DNA of 64,000 bases, from positions 268,978 to 332,977 of the forward strand of contig NMRA01000284.1 of the NCBI GenBank assembly GCA_002633005.1, written 5' to 3'. The notes under the pieces were generated by a model. That model was not told where the DNA came from and ran no database searches. It saw nothing but the letters and a program-made list of their open reading frames with translations. Of the stretch, positions 12,901-23,521 are shown piece after piece. The DNA comes from Phoronis australis (Eukaryota; Animalia; Phoronida). The position numbers and the translations under genes are program-made. How positions within the stretch are numbered: the first letter of the stretch is position 1; each line of letters begins with the position of its first letter.

Positions 12901-15900
12901 TAAATGGACCAGATTTTTAGTTATTAGACGGAAAGTGACCAAATGACAAAAAGTGGCGTGCTTGCCCCAACTCACACACAAAAAATGCCACAAAATCAAG
13001 ATCATAATGATTTTGTACATATATTTGGTATGGATAAGTAGAATATTGCGTAAGGAAATAGTTGATGATGATCCCTGTGCATTTTGAAAAAAAATTCGAG
13101 GTAAAATTGGATTTGTTGAAAATTAAAAAATACGATTTTTAAAAAAAACGAACTACAAAAAAACATTTTTTTTTTCGATTTTTGTCACTTTCAGAATCAT
13201 GTCTAACAAGTTAAAACTCCCTTTTTACTCATTTTAGTTAGGAACCTGGAGATTTGATCAGTGTATACACCTACCTTAAATGCTAAGAAGCACAGTGACA
13301 ATGTATTTTTTGTAATTTTGTTAAGTATGATACATATATTTTCTTGAATAATATGTAAGTGCCATAATGTGTCGGTTGATTTGTGCTTACAGAATGGATT
13401 CCTACGTGTTGGCGGAGACCTTCAAGTACCTGTACCTATTGTTTGCTGAACCCAAAGACCTAGTTTTGAACGTTGACAGTTATGTGTTCACCACTGAGGC
13501 TCACCTGCTTCCTCTCACACTGGCCATGCAGAACAACTCTATGAACATAACTAAGGTGATTACTCTCAATACACTGTTGGTACACTCGGGCTACCTTAAA
13601 CCTGTTCTTGTATTAAACACTTTGAATATTCTATGTGTCTCTTCTCGCATTTACAGTGCTCAGCTCTCGACTTTCTTCGAAGCCGTTAGTCGGTTTTCCA
13701 CCTAGTCCCAATCCTTTTTATCTGTCAAATGAGCATTTGACATTCCCAGCCTTTAAGGACATGATCTCTTTTTAAAGAATAAAATCTACAATTTGCACCT
13801 CTGCCAAATAGCCTTGCTGTGGGCACAACCCATGTGGCCTGCGAAGATCAGATGCAATTTAGACATCATCTTTTCTAACTAGCCTTATATCACTGTAACG
13901 TTTTTTTCCAAAAAGTATGATAGCATAAGTGATTAAATTTAATGGCAAAAATGATTCCAGAGTCAAGGCAGGCAAAAAAAACTGGGCCAACTCTTGAATG
14001 TTTCAGGTCACCGTCATGCCTCAGTTGGTGTCCGATGAGGATGAGAACTTTGAGAGGTCCTGCCGCAACGTTCACTTGCAGTTCCAGGGCAACCTGCAGT
14101 ACTACGCGCAAAACATCCGCAAGCCCATGGAGAACTACGTAGAGAGACTTTGTCCTAAACCCAAGCACACGTAAGATCCTAGACATTGAGCGCACGTAGA
14201 GTTGTTGACTGACAAGTGTCTTGTCTTCCGCCCTTACTAATCACACCTGCGTGCTCACTAACGCTGTTTGTGAACATTATAATTATACTGGCTGATCTCG
14301 GGCACTAGTATTGTTCATAAGAAAAGAATTGTGTTGTGAGATGCAGAACATTGTTTTAGTGGTTTAAGAGGCAGGGAGGCAGATTACCATGGTTGGGTAC
14401 TTGTAATGTGTGTTATAGAAATTTCTTATTTAAATATATGATGTTGGCCAAGGAAGTGATGAAAAGCGTTGTATTTGACCAGTTTGAGAGGTCTTGAAAT
14501 GTGTGTTATGGAAAACATGATTGAAATACATGACGTTGGCCCAGGAAGTGATGAAACGCATTGTATGTGGGTGCTTTGAGAGGTCCTAGAACGCTTTTTG
14601 TTGCCATTAAGGTATCACTTTGTCGAATCTCAAGATTGGTGCAACAAATGACTTCTACCAGTTGTTAGTGAAAGATGGGTTATATCATGTGTGGAGACAT
14701 CTACAAGAATTATAATTATACAACTTCAAATAAGAGGCGAGAACTTTGAGACTGTTGCCAGAAATATCACCTGTACCTCTACTATAAAGCACACGCTAAA
14801 CGTTATTGGGCAAAATATCGTATCTCTGTCGTGATGGGCTATTCTTGCTACATACTGAGTTGGTGAATTCAGCTTGTGCTCCGCCGCCATGATGGGGAAT
14901 TCGGCTTTCGCTCGGTCATCTTGATGGGGAATTCCGTGTCATTTTGTTTATTTGTATGCAGAGAAAACTAGAAGATAGTGTTAACTCCCTGTAATTTTAA
15001 CTCGAATTATTCCTCCGAACAAACTTGAAACCAAAACTCTACATTTCATAACTCTCTACTGTTCCAGTGTGATAAGGGTGCTAGTCATGAGCTGAATTAT
15101 GTGTGTGCGCATGCACGTGTGTGTGTGTGTGCGCATGCACGTGTGTGTGTGTGTGTGTGTGTGCGCATGCACGTGTGTGTGTGTGTGCGCATGCACGTGT
15201 GTGTGTGTGATGCATAACTTTAGAATAATACACTATTACTGTCTTCAGGAGGTCGAGAAGACTGCGTGCTGCCGAGTTCATCGCTGGTAAACAAGAACAC
15301 GTGTCCATTCTGAAGGAGTTTGGTATACGACTGGTCACTTTACAAGATGGCCGAGTACAGCTACTACACACGGCTTCAGATGTACGTATTGCACACTGTT
15401 TATATTGACAGCAACAACTTCATTACCAATGCATAGATAGTATTGCTTGTATAAGTCATACATGCCCCAGAAATCGCTTTCGTATTATATCCAGGCTTTT
15501 GTTCATTCCCGTTCATACATGTCAATAGTAAGACCGAGCTCAGAGCAATAGGAGACACGTTTATGCAATGCTTATTGTCTGCCAGTAAGGCATCGATTGG
15601 AACCCAGGTCTCCCAAATGGGAGTTCGGATCTCAAGCTACTGAGCCAAACAGTCTCCTCATGTCATAATGGTGTTGTTGATTGCAGGCTGCCACCCCTGA
15701 AGATGCACAAGAAGGACTTATGTTTATGCAGGAGATGATTGAGCTGTCCAAGTCTCAACAGAGTGACAGTGAGTACTTAGAGGGGTCCAGCATTGTGAGA
15801 ACCAGTTTGAGGCCTGTTATTGAGTGGAGAAAACTGGTTCTCAAAATGTGGGACCCTTGTAGGTGACCATTACCCTTTGGTTGCATTGAACGAGTAGTTG

Positions 15901-18900
15901 ATTACTCTGTGCATGATAGTGGGAGACTCTGTGCATCGGTAACAGTTGAAGTGGATTCTTAAAAATTATGATGAATGAATGACTTATAGACTTTGTTGTG
16001 GATAAATGCAGTGGAAAAATAATATTTGTCATTTTAAGAACATACTATTCATTAGGTGGATGAAAATGTAAATAGTAAACTTCTGATCACACGCAGATTT
16101 TATCAAATATTGACATGCCTTTGAATGCAAGTTTGAAATTTGGCTTGCCTGTCTGTAAGTTATTCAGAGTATGAAATTTGGTGAATGGACAGAATTTATA
16201 AGAAAAAAATCACAATATCGTGGCAATTTCCGCAAAACATTTCTTAAACAAAGTTACATATACTGAGAACATAATATTTTGTTCTTATCGAGACAGTCTT
16301 GTGTTGTAGCTGATTGTGTATGTGCATGTGTCTGTTTTAGATCAGCAAGAACCCAGAGTTATACAACTGATGTCGCCACCATTCCATGGCAAGACCTGGC
16401 TCAGTGCTGGTCCGGCACTGTTTGGGAAAGATCTCAAGTCTGTCCCTCAAGGGGTATGGACACCTCTCTCACAATCAATTCCTGTGTCACTTGACATTAC
16501 TTGCATTATCTTGACACAGATGAGTGAACTTTGACTTCGTTATAGTCTATTGATGCATAAATGAAACAGTTGTGACTCGAGAACACCATATCACCTCTGA
16601 ACTTTCACATTAATTATTACGCTGTATCCGATGCTCACATACTACTTTTTTCATTCCTTAGGTGCGTGGTAGCATTATACGAGCTGCCCCTTACGATGGG
16701 TGCGCCGCTTTTTCTAACGGACAAGATGTTCAGGGGAGGATCGTGGTCGTAGAGCGGGGAGGGTGCATGTTTATTGACAAAGCCCGCAATATTGAACTGG
16801 CAGGGGGCATAGGTGGAATTGTTATTGGTAAGTGTTGGATATAATACAGAACTACTACAATCAATTTTTATTAAATATTCATGTTTGTGCAGGTCCTGTA
16901 GATAAAATGATGTTTTTTGATGCTGTTGAACCAATGCTACTAGAATTTGTTTGCGTTTAACTTAGTGTTTGAAATCTAGTCATCTTCCATGTTGTCCGTG
17001 CTTCAAAAGGAAATGAAAGAAACGTGAACCAATGATCTCGTAATTAGTGACATGTGGCAGCCTTTGGTGACTATGAATCCTTTGGGGCAACAGTTATACT
17101 AAGATATGCTGAGGCGTGTTTGTGTGTTAAGTATAGTTTCAAGTCCACATTAGTGAAGAGTAATGCAATCTTGCCCCCCACCCCATCCCATCTATTTGGA
17201 CTCTTCCGTTGCTGTCTCCGTTTATCTTGTCGCGTCTATCCATCCTCCTGTACAAGTTGCACTTACCAAAGTGCTGGGAGAATTAGACAGAAATGGCTGC
17301 TACCCTATTTCGGCATTACCTGCCCTTTTAAGATGTTTGAAAAAAATTCCGTACACATCTTAACAATTACTTCACCAACAGACCAATGAAATGCTAACAA
17401 GAGTATGGATTCTAACAGAACCACTCTTCATAGATTTGCTGGCAGATATATTGACAAAGTACAAAACCCATTGGCATTGTTTATCAATCTCTCAAAGGTG
17501 TTTGATGTTGTAAATCACAGTACACAACTTCTCATATCGAAATTCTACCAAATGTCTTCCTTCTCTTTCCCTGTTTATCTTGTCAGTCATGTTCTTCTGT
17601 CATCACCACTCCTGGCCAATCGTTGCCTGTCTTTTCAGACAATCATCCAGACTCCTCCAGCACTACCTCACCCCTGTTTGCCATGTCTGGTGATGGCAAG
17701 ACCGAGGTGGCCATCCCGTTTGTCTTTCTGTTCCACAAGGAGGGTGAGGACTTGCTGGCCGCCTTGGAGCAGAGTCCTGAACTCAGTGTGCTCATGGCAC
17801 TGTCTCCTCAGACAGTTGACGGTACGTTGGCGCCTGCGTATTCTGTCCTCATTTTGCGTTATTGTATTGTTTGTATGGTCAGTTATTGTATTGTTTGTAT
17901 GGACAGTTATTGTATTGTTTGTATGGACAGTTATTGGCATATGTTACATACTCTGAATCATTTTCTGAACTTTTAAAGTTGATTTAGAAATTAACAGTTT
18001 GTCAAACAGGAAGGTGTTTTCATGTGAGGAGCTGCACAATTCAAATAATGTGTGTCCGAGCAGCTAAATTGTTGTGTAAATTTTATTACCTGTTTCTGGC
18101 ATCATATTTTAAGCCAAATGGCAAGTTGTTATGTAGTAGGGCTTTTGTCTCGGTCATTGAAAACAGTTATCAGAACTGAAAAAGGAGCAAACAGAGCTTC
18201 CTAGGAATGATGGTATTCTTGACTGAACCGGTTCAAAATCACTTTTATTATAAGTAAATGATTGACCAGAAACACTTTCATAAAAGATAATTTAAAACAA
18301 AGATCTCCTTATAGCAAAATAATTTGTATGCCTTCTGAAGGAGAGCAGTGTGCCAGAGAACACACAAGAGTCTCGTAGTAAAAAAATCACCTTTTAATTA
18401 CATTATTGGCAATATCCAAGTCAAGACAGTTTTTTGTTGACTTACAGCCATCATATTTTGACTTCAGGACATGATTGTAGTTTTCTTTCATTTTACTTAC
18501 AAGTAAAATTACATTGTCTTATTTAAATTACTTCACGGTGAAATTTGCGTATCCAGTCACCATCCATATGCTGACGAAATCTAACCGATTTTTTTTCCGA
18601 AAAGATTTCTGATCCAACCTTTGTGCTCAATAGGTGGCGTAAGGATTAGTTCTGACACGCTATGTGTGATAAGTATTAGGACTCAATATGGCAGACAAGT
18701 GAAGTTTTACTTTATCGCTTTTTCAATGCAACAAATGAAGCACCAAACTATATGCATTTACCCAAGCTATCGTCAGACAAAGTTTTAAAAAATTGTGGGC
18801 ATTTACAAAACAATGTTAGATGCCCTTGAAATATGAAAAGGGGTCAATTTTAGCAATTATTTTTTCCAAAGTTTGTGAGATTTTATCGTTATCTCTTGGA

Positions 18901-20227
18901 AGAGTTTTTTCCGTCGTTGAATGTATCTGTTTATTTTGTAGATGTCAAAGACAAAGGCGAGTCCATCATCCGTGTTAAGCACGTTGACGACAACGTCATT
19001 GCGATCATGGAGAAATCGTCTGGCGGAGATGTGAAGTATGAAGTCTCGGCTCAGTTTAGCCACCTCAACATACTCCTCAACTTAATATCGTACGGCAACA
19101 GCGACGTAGAGGCGAGACTGGCTGAGATGGAGTCCGCCGTGTTCAAGGTGACGGAAACGGATGGCATCACGGACCTTGCGTATGATGGCGTGATCCCTAT
19201 GACTGACAATGTTCCCGATGAGGTCTACGTCAATATGGCCGTGAAGAAGTTACTGAAGTCACTGGACGTCAGTCATGAGACGCTTTCCAATCTGCTGGTC
19301 ACAAAGCAAGTCGCCAATGCTTTTTCTCGTGCCATTACCAATTTAATACAGTCTGTGTTTACGGAGCAATCTGTTGAACTCACCGATGATTCGGTGAAAC
19401 TGTTTAAGCTTATTCCAGTCATACTCGATGATAAGGATGGTGAGGCAAGGGACTACTTAACAGAATTGGTAGAAAAGAGGTCATCTCTTAGTGAACCTAG
19501 AGGTCCGCCTGAGGAGTCGGAACACTTGTCGCAGGTCGGGAAGTATCCCGAGGATTTCGAAGTGCGGGTCGCCTCTCCTTCGATGCAGGTCAGCAGCAAC
19601 CATTTTTACATCAATGCAGTGGAAAAAATCATCTACGTCACGCAGGAAGAGTATGATAAATACTTGCGAGAAGCAAAAAGGTCACAGGTCGACCACGGAA
19701 ATGCCGCGATGACCGATGACTTGTTGGATACAAACTTTCAGGAAAGTCAAAGGGGGGAAGATTCCGATGTCGGGTCAGTCATAGAAGGAGGAACTTCGGA
19801 ATTAAAAACGGATCAGTCAGAGGACGAGAACACGGGATTAAGTGCAAAAATGGAATTGAGTGCAAGTGACCTTAATCATAATAGTGTAGATAGTGAAGAG
19901 AGACGATCGGAAGAGGTGGAGGGTGAAGGGTCCGTGGAAGGAGCAGCTCAGGGAAGTGAAAATGGGTTGGTGGGCAGAGAGGGGGTGGGTACAGAGAGTG
20001 AGCGAGATATAGAACAGGCGTTAGAAGTCACTGCCAGAGTCTTTCAGGAGCTTAAACGGGCCACGCTGGCCGCGGAAGGGACAGTTGAAGATTCGAATGA
20101 ACGTGCGCAGCAGGGGACAGAAACGGCAGAAGAATTGCTCAAAACGCTTGATGAGGAGGAGACGAAGGAGGAGATGAAGGAAGGGAGAGAGGATAGCAGG
20201 ACGTTTGGGGGCAAGGACGAGCTTTGA
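935..20227 (+). CDS. EDEM3: ER degradation-enhancing alpha-mannosidase-like protein 3 (signal peptide, GH47 domain, PA domain, KDEL); 18 coding exons, about 1202 aa
   Basis: join(935-1041,4023-4068,4788-4888,5794-5946,6254-6407,7451-7585,9192-9395,9955-10080,10397-10564,11039-11163,13393-13555,14007-14170,15249-15381,15687-15768,16341-16453,16662-16827,17639-17821,18942-20227) = 3609 nt. All introns are GT-AG and all phases match. Kozak accATGG plus a hydrophobic leader. GH47 motifs: [89 protein letters not shown] domain: [15 protein letters not shown]-terminal KDEL. Confidence 0.96.
1500..2428. mobile_element. Non-autonomous Mutator(MULE)-like foldback DNA transposon in EDEM3 intron 1
   Basis: Highly similar terminal inverted repeats of about 270 bp (1500-~1770 and ~2157-2428, starting TAGGCAATGACCATCGCC). 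Exact 9-bp target duplication AATGGACTA at 1491-1499 and 2429-2437. Explains the mirror-image ORFs 1506-1826(+) and 2102-2422(-). Confidence 0.88.
3520..3724. mobile_element. Degenerate MITE (about 205 bp)
   Basis: Imperfect inverted ends AGCGCTCGACAAAAGCGA / TCGCTTTGTGTCGAGCCCT, with internal TACGAGTA/TACTCGTA motifs. No clear TSD. Confidence 0.45.
5878..6150 (+). repeat. 85-90 bp tandem repeat copying the 3' end of EDEM3 exon 4 and its splice donor
   Basis: Units begin CATTAGAGACGTGTCATTTGAC (with variants) at 5878, 5968, 6056 and 6141 (partial). The full units contain GTATTGGGGTAGGTAGTA or a close variant. Confidence 0.9.
6504..6968. mobile_element. Degenerate MITE (about 465 bp) in EDEM3 intron 5
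   Basis: Inverted ends TAGAGGCCCTGGCTTTCC / GGAAAACTAGGGTCTCTA. Confidence 0.5.
8111..8675. mobile_element. PIF/Harbinger-like MITE in EDEM3 intron 6
   Basis: TIR GGGCTGTTCCAG / CTGGAACAGCCC, extending imperfectly to about 40 bp. Flanked by TAA on both sides (8108-8110, 8676-8678). Internal repeated ACCACCCRTAWWTTTT motifs. Confidence 0.8.
11319..13275. mobile_element. Non-autonomous Kolobok-like DNA transposon (about 1.96 kb) in EDEM3 intron 10
   Basis: Perfect 15-bp TIR GGTAGGTGTATACAC / GTGTATACACCTACC with TTAA on both sides (11315-11318, 13276-13279). GG..CC termini fit Kolobok rather than piggyBac (CC..GG). No transposase ORF. Confidence 0.82.
14405..14590. repeat. Diverged two-copy tandem duplication of about 92 bp (intronic)
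   Basis: AATGTGTGTTAT...GTTGGCCMAGGAAGTGATGAAA...TTTGAGAGGTC occurs twice. Confidence 0.75.
15099..15209. repeat. Compound (TG)n microsatellite with four GCGCATGCAC inserts
   Basis: Read directly: an uninterrupted alternating purine-pyrimidine tract of about 110 bp. Confidence 0.95.
15475..15657 (-). mobile_element. tRNA-derived SINE (diverged copy) in EDEM3 intron 13
   Basis: Collinear with the copy at 61195-61378; degenerate A and B boxes on the minus strand. Confidence 0.75.
15778..15862. mobile_element. Short palindromic MITE family (relatives at ~3477-3512, ~21646-21848, ~22345-22420)
   Basis: GGGTCCAGCATTGTGAGAACCAGTT ... AACTGGTTCTCAAAATGTGGGACCC; the same AAAACTGGTTCTSAAAAT core recurs at the other loci. 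Confidence 0.65.
17150..17550 (+). mobile_element. Decayed CR1/L2-type LINE reverse transcriptase fragment in EDEM3 intron 16
   Basis: Frameshifted RT motifs: [16 protein letters not shown] (cf. NYRPISLLP..SKIFEK) and [15 protein letters not shown] (cf. FLDLSKAFDTVDH). Confidence 0.75.
17858..17935. repeat. 24-bp minisatellite (about 3 copies)
   Basis: GTTATTGTATTGTTTGTATGGWCA repeated just downstream of the exon 17 donor. Confidence 0.9.
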
Positions 20228-21852
20228 AGAGCTCGCTTTCATTTTGTCAAGGTCATATTGGATCCTAGAAAAATGTCCAAATTTGACTAAATGCCTAGGT
20301 GGGCGGGATCCCTTTTTGTGAACCCTCAGTTCAGTCTTTGACCTTCTTGGTTATGGTTAGGGTTGGGGTACGTTATTCAGTTGATGCAATGCAGAATAGT
20401 TGGTTTCTCAAAACAATTCTCCATACTGTTCCTGTTGAGGAGTGGAAGTAAAACGGGATCCCACGCCTAACTCTAACTTTGGAGTGTCTGGTCTCATGTT
20501 CATTCGAAAATTTCGCATGCTGTGCTGTGCACACTGTTCTACAAAGCGCTGTTGGGAATTGTTCTGCATTTTTCGTGAGTGGCTATCAAGAAATAAGACT
20601 GTTATGGAAAAACCAAAAGTTGCTTAAAATGAAAGCAAAATGGAATTTTAGAAAACTTTAATAGAGTTTTGGAAATTTTATCTTATGAAATTCGGTCTGT
20701 TATTGATACTTACTTTTTCTTTGAATTTTTGTGCTAAATTTTCCTAAAAATGGTCACCTGTTTCAATTAAGGACAAATTGGTATAAAGTTAACAGACTCT
20801 CTACTTTCAGAAAATATGTAGTATTTTTACAGTCAGATTCAATTTCCATAATTCTGTAGATATTTGCCTAAACTTGTTGACTTGATGCTGTAGTCTTACA
20901 TAAACTTTAAAGGGGCATTTCCTTCACATACAGATAACAAGAGTTGTGAGATAAGATGTTTACCTCAGCCTGAGAAAATGACCTCAATAAAGCAACTGGT
21001 TTCTATTTATGCACCATGATGAAGAATAGAAACATCACCTATGACTGATCGTACTTGACCTAATTTTTCAAGGGTGGGCCAGCCTTGTAAAAATTGGAGG
21101 GTTTTTGACACTTAATAGTTAACTTAGCAAAGCCCTTACTGGTCTGTTTGGTATGGTAATAATTTTATCATTGAATGGAAAGGTTGGAGAGATATTTCAT
21201 GCGAGGCAGTAACCTAGTTTGTAATTGATGCTTTGTTATAAGAATGGAGGGCCCCTTTAACATACTTCTGAGGGCTTGGTACACAAAAATTACAAACTGT
21301 GGTGATTCACGAAAGCTTAATCTTGTCTGTTGAGGTTGGTATGTGTGATATTCACAATTTCTACGCTATCTCTGGGGATGTTTGACAATGACAACATATC
21401 TGTCTGAAGAAGTAGAAACTAGAATCTACTGAACAGTCATTCACTTCAGGAACTACAGTACTTTGAATTAGTAACCTTGAGGATTTTTGGAGGTACGTGG
21501 TTGGTCTATTTGTACCTAAGAGAAATCCAATGACGTGATTGGTGCATAAAATCACATGGTGTAATAATTAATTCTAAACTAATTCCTAGAATAGCCCCAT
21601 TGGTTTGTTTGAAGGATTACCCTTGATTTTAGGACAATTGTCCTTGACAGGAGTCCCCCATTTTGAGAACCAGTTTAATGTCTGTTGTATTAGGATAAAC
21701 GTGGGAAGAGTTCAGTAACTCACTGTCTTGCTGCCAGAAAAATCTAGCAATACAGGTCAATATCTCTCGGAATCTGACGAGGTCGTTTTTTAGCAAGACT
21801 CTTGCTTCATTGAACTCTACCCAGGTTCTCAAAATGAGGACCTTTGTATATG

Positions 21853-21963
21853 CATTGGGCGGCGCACTTTTTTCAGTGCTACGCCGCACATGGTCTATAG
21901 GCGGTGCACCACAGGGGGGCTGAGAGGGCTTTAGCCCCCACTTTTTTCAGTGCGCCGTCCATG
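21853..21963. mobile_element. GC-rich MITE, family C, 5-bp TSD
   Basis: Ends CATTGGGCGGCGCAC / GTGCGCCGTCCATG. Exact ATATG duplication at 21848-21852 and 21964-21968. Related copy at 61850-61979. Confidence 0.75.
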
Positions 21964-22994
21964 ATATGCGACTTCTGCCGATTTTAATGTGCTATTCCAA
22001 GGAAGTGTGTCTTGTGAAATATTGATCGCGGTACTTTAAAGTCAAGGTCAACTCAGTGCTAGTTCATCATTGATTCCTGGGTGTGAAGCTTGTTATTTAT
22101 AATTGAATGTTTTGTATATATTGAACAAATATGTGTATAATGTACCTACACCCTTCTATCTTATGTTAGGTCGACTTTAGAGCATGTTTCAATCTGTTCA
22201 TAGAGTAATCGATGTAACAGATTGTAATTAAGTGAACAAGTTACCAATCATAAAATCCATGTCGTTATTAACACTGCCGATCAATTGTCGCCTAGAAATT
22301 TACCTAGCCTCGGTTTATGTAGTAATATGAACAGTGGTCGCTTCCTGGGGTTCCAGATTTTGAGAAGCAGGTTATTCATGGGAGAAAACTGGTTCTCAAA
22401 ATCCGAGAATCCTTCAAGTGACTTGATTACCCGAAATGTCATTCCCCGCTACTAACATGAAGCTCGGGGGAACAGGACGAGTGTTTCGCGCAATGCTCAA
22501 GATAATTTTTTGCCAGTGTCATAGGCGAATTAAACTCGTCCCCCACGCACCCAATCAAAAAAGGACAGAACTTAAAACATGCCGTTGTGCGTGATTTTCA
22601 TTCGAAGATTTTGGTCCCCCTTACTTCATCCTGGATCCTCCAGTCAGTGTAGCCTGGATTTTAGGGCCTATGTAACAGGAGCTCGCCAGACTCGGCGTTC
22701 TACCTGCATGTATTTGAATGATAACCCACGTGTTCGTTAATGAACGCCGGGGTCAGTGCTCTCGTCTGTCGCGTGTGTAAAAATTACCCCGGAAGCCCTG
22801 TCCGGAGGTGTTTAAACACAATGGATTGGACACCGGACACAAATGTATGTTACCTTGAGAGTTTTTATTTGTAGATGTTCACGTGTAATAACGGGCTTTC
22901 AACGGATAAGCACAATCTGTTTGCCTATAGTCTGCCTTCCGACACTGCATTGGTGCTGAATGTTTATTGGTGGTTTCATTTCGGTACGATGGCG

Positions 22995-23000
22995 AATAAA
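22995..23000 (+). terminator. Candidate EDEM3 polyadenylation signal (alternative AATAAA at 20986-20991)
   Basis: AATAAA followed by T-rich sequence; no transcript evidence. Confidence 0.3.
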
Positions 23001-23242
23001 TGATTTTTTTTGAAAATTCGTACTCGTTTTGTCTACATAAAGTCTAGTTCACGTGATCGTATATGACTGCATAAGGATACCTAGACAGAGTTCAGTAACG
23101 CTGGGACCTCACTAAAATCTAGCCCAAATCACGTGCGCTCGTTTAAAATACACGGCAACATATCTCGTAATTTCGCGAAGTCTTGCCTTTTAGCTATGTC
23201 CTAGCGTTACTGAACGGCTGGCTTCTCTATGTATGCATTTGC

Positions 23243-23521
23243 AAGTGGCGGATTTAGGGCCGGGGAGGGGGGGGACAAAGGGACCATGTCCCCCTCCCTA
23301 AGATTCCATTTGCTGACTGGAATATGCGCGCGCCCAGGGGGGCGAATGCACAATGCATAGGCCTTGTACAAACCACATTTTTCCAGTAATAAGGTCCACA
23401 AACTCAAAAATTCGAGACCCCCTATATCCCTACATTTTAGGCTGGGCGCGCGCATGAGGCGAAATTCTGGTTATTCTAGTGCCCTGCCCCCCCNCAACTC
23501 AAAATCCTGGATCCGCTCCTG
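23243..23521. mobile_element. GC-rich MITE, family A, with a nested family-B-like element
   Basis: Ends AGTGGCGGATTTAGGG / CCTGGATCCGCTCCTG; collinear with 36993-37304. Contains ATGCGCGCGCCCAG ... CTGGGCGCGCGCATG. Confidence 0.75.
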
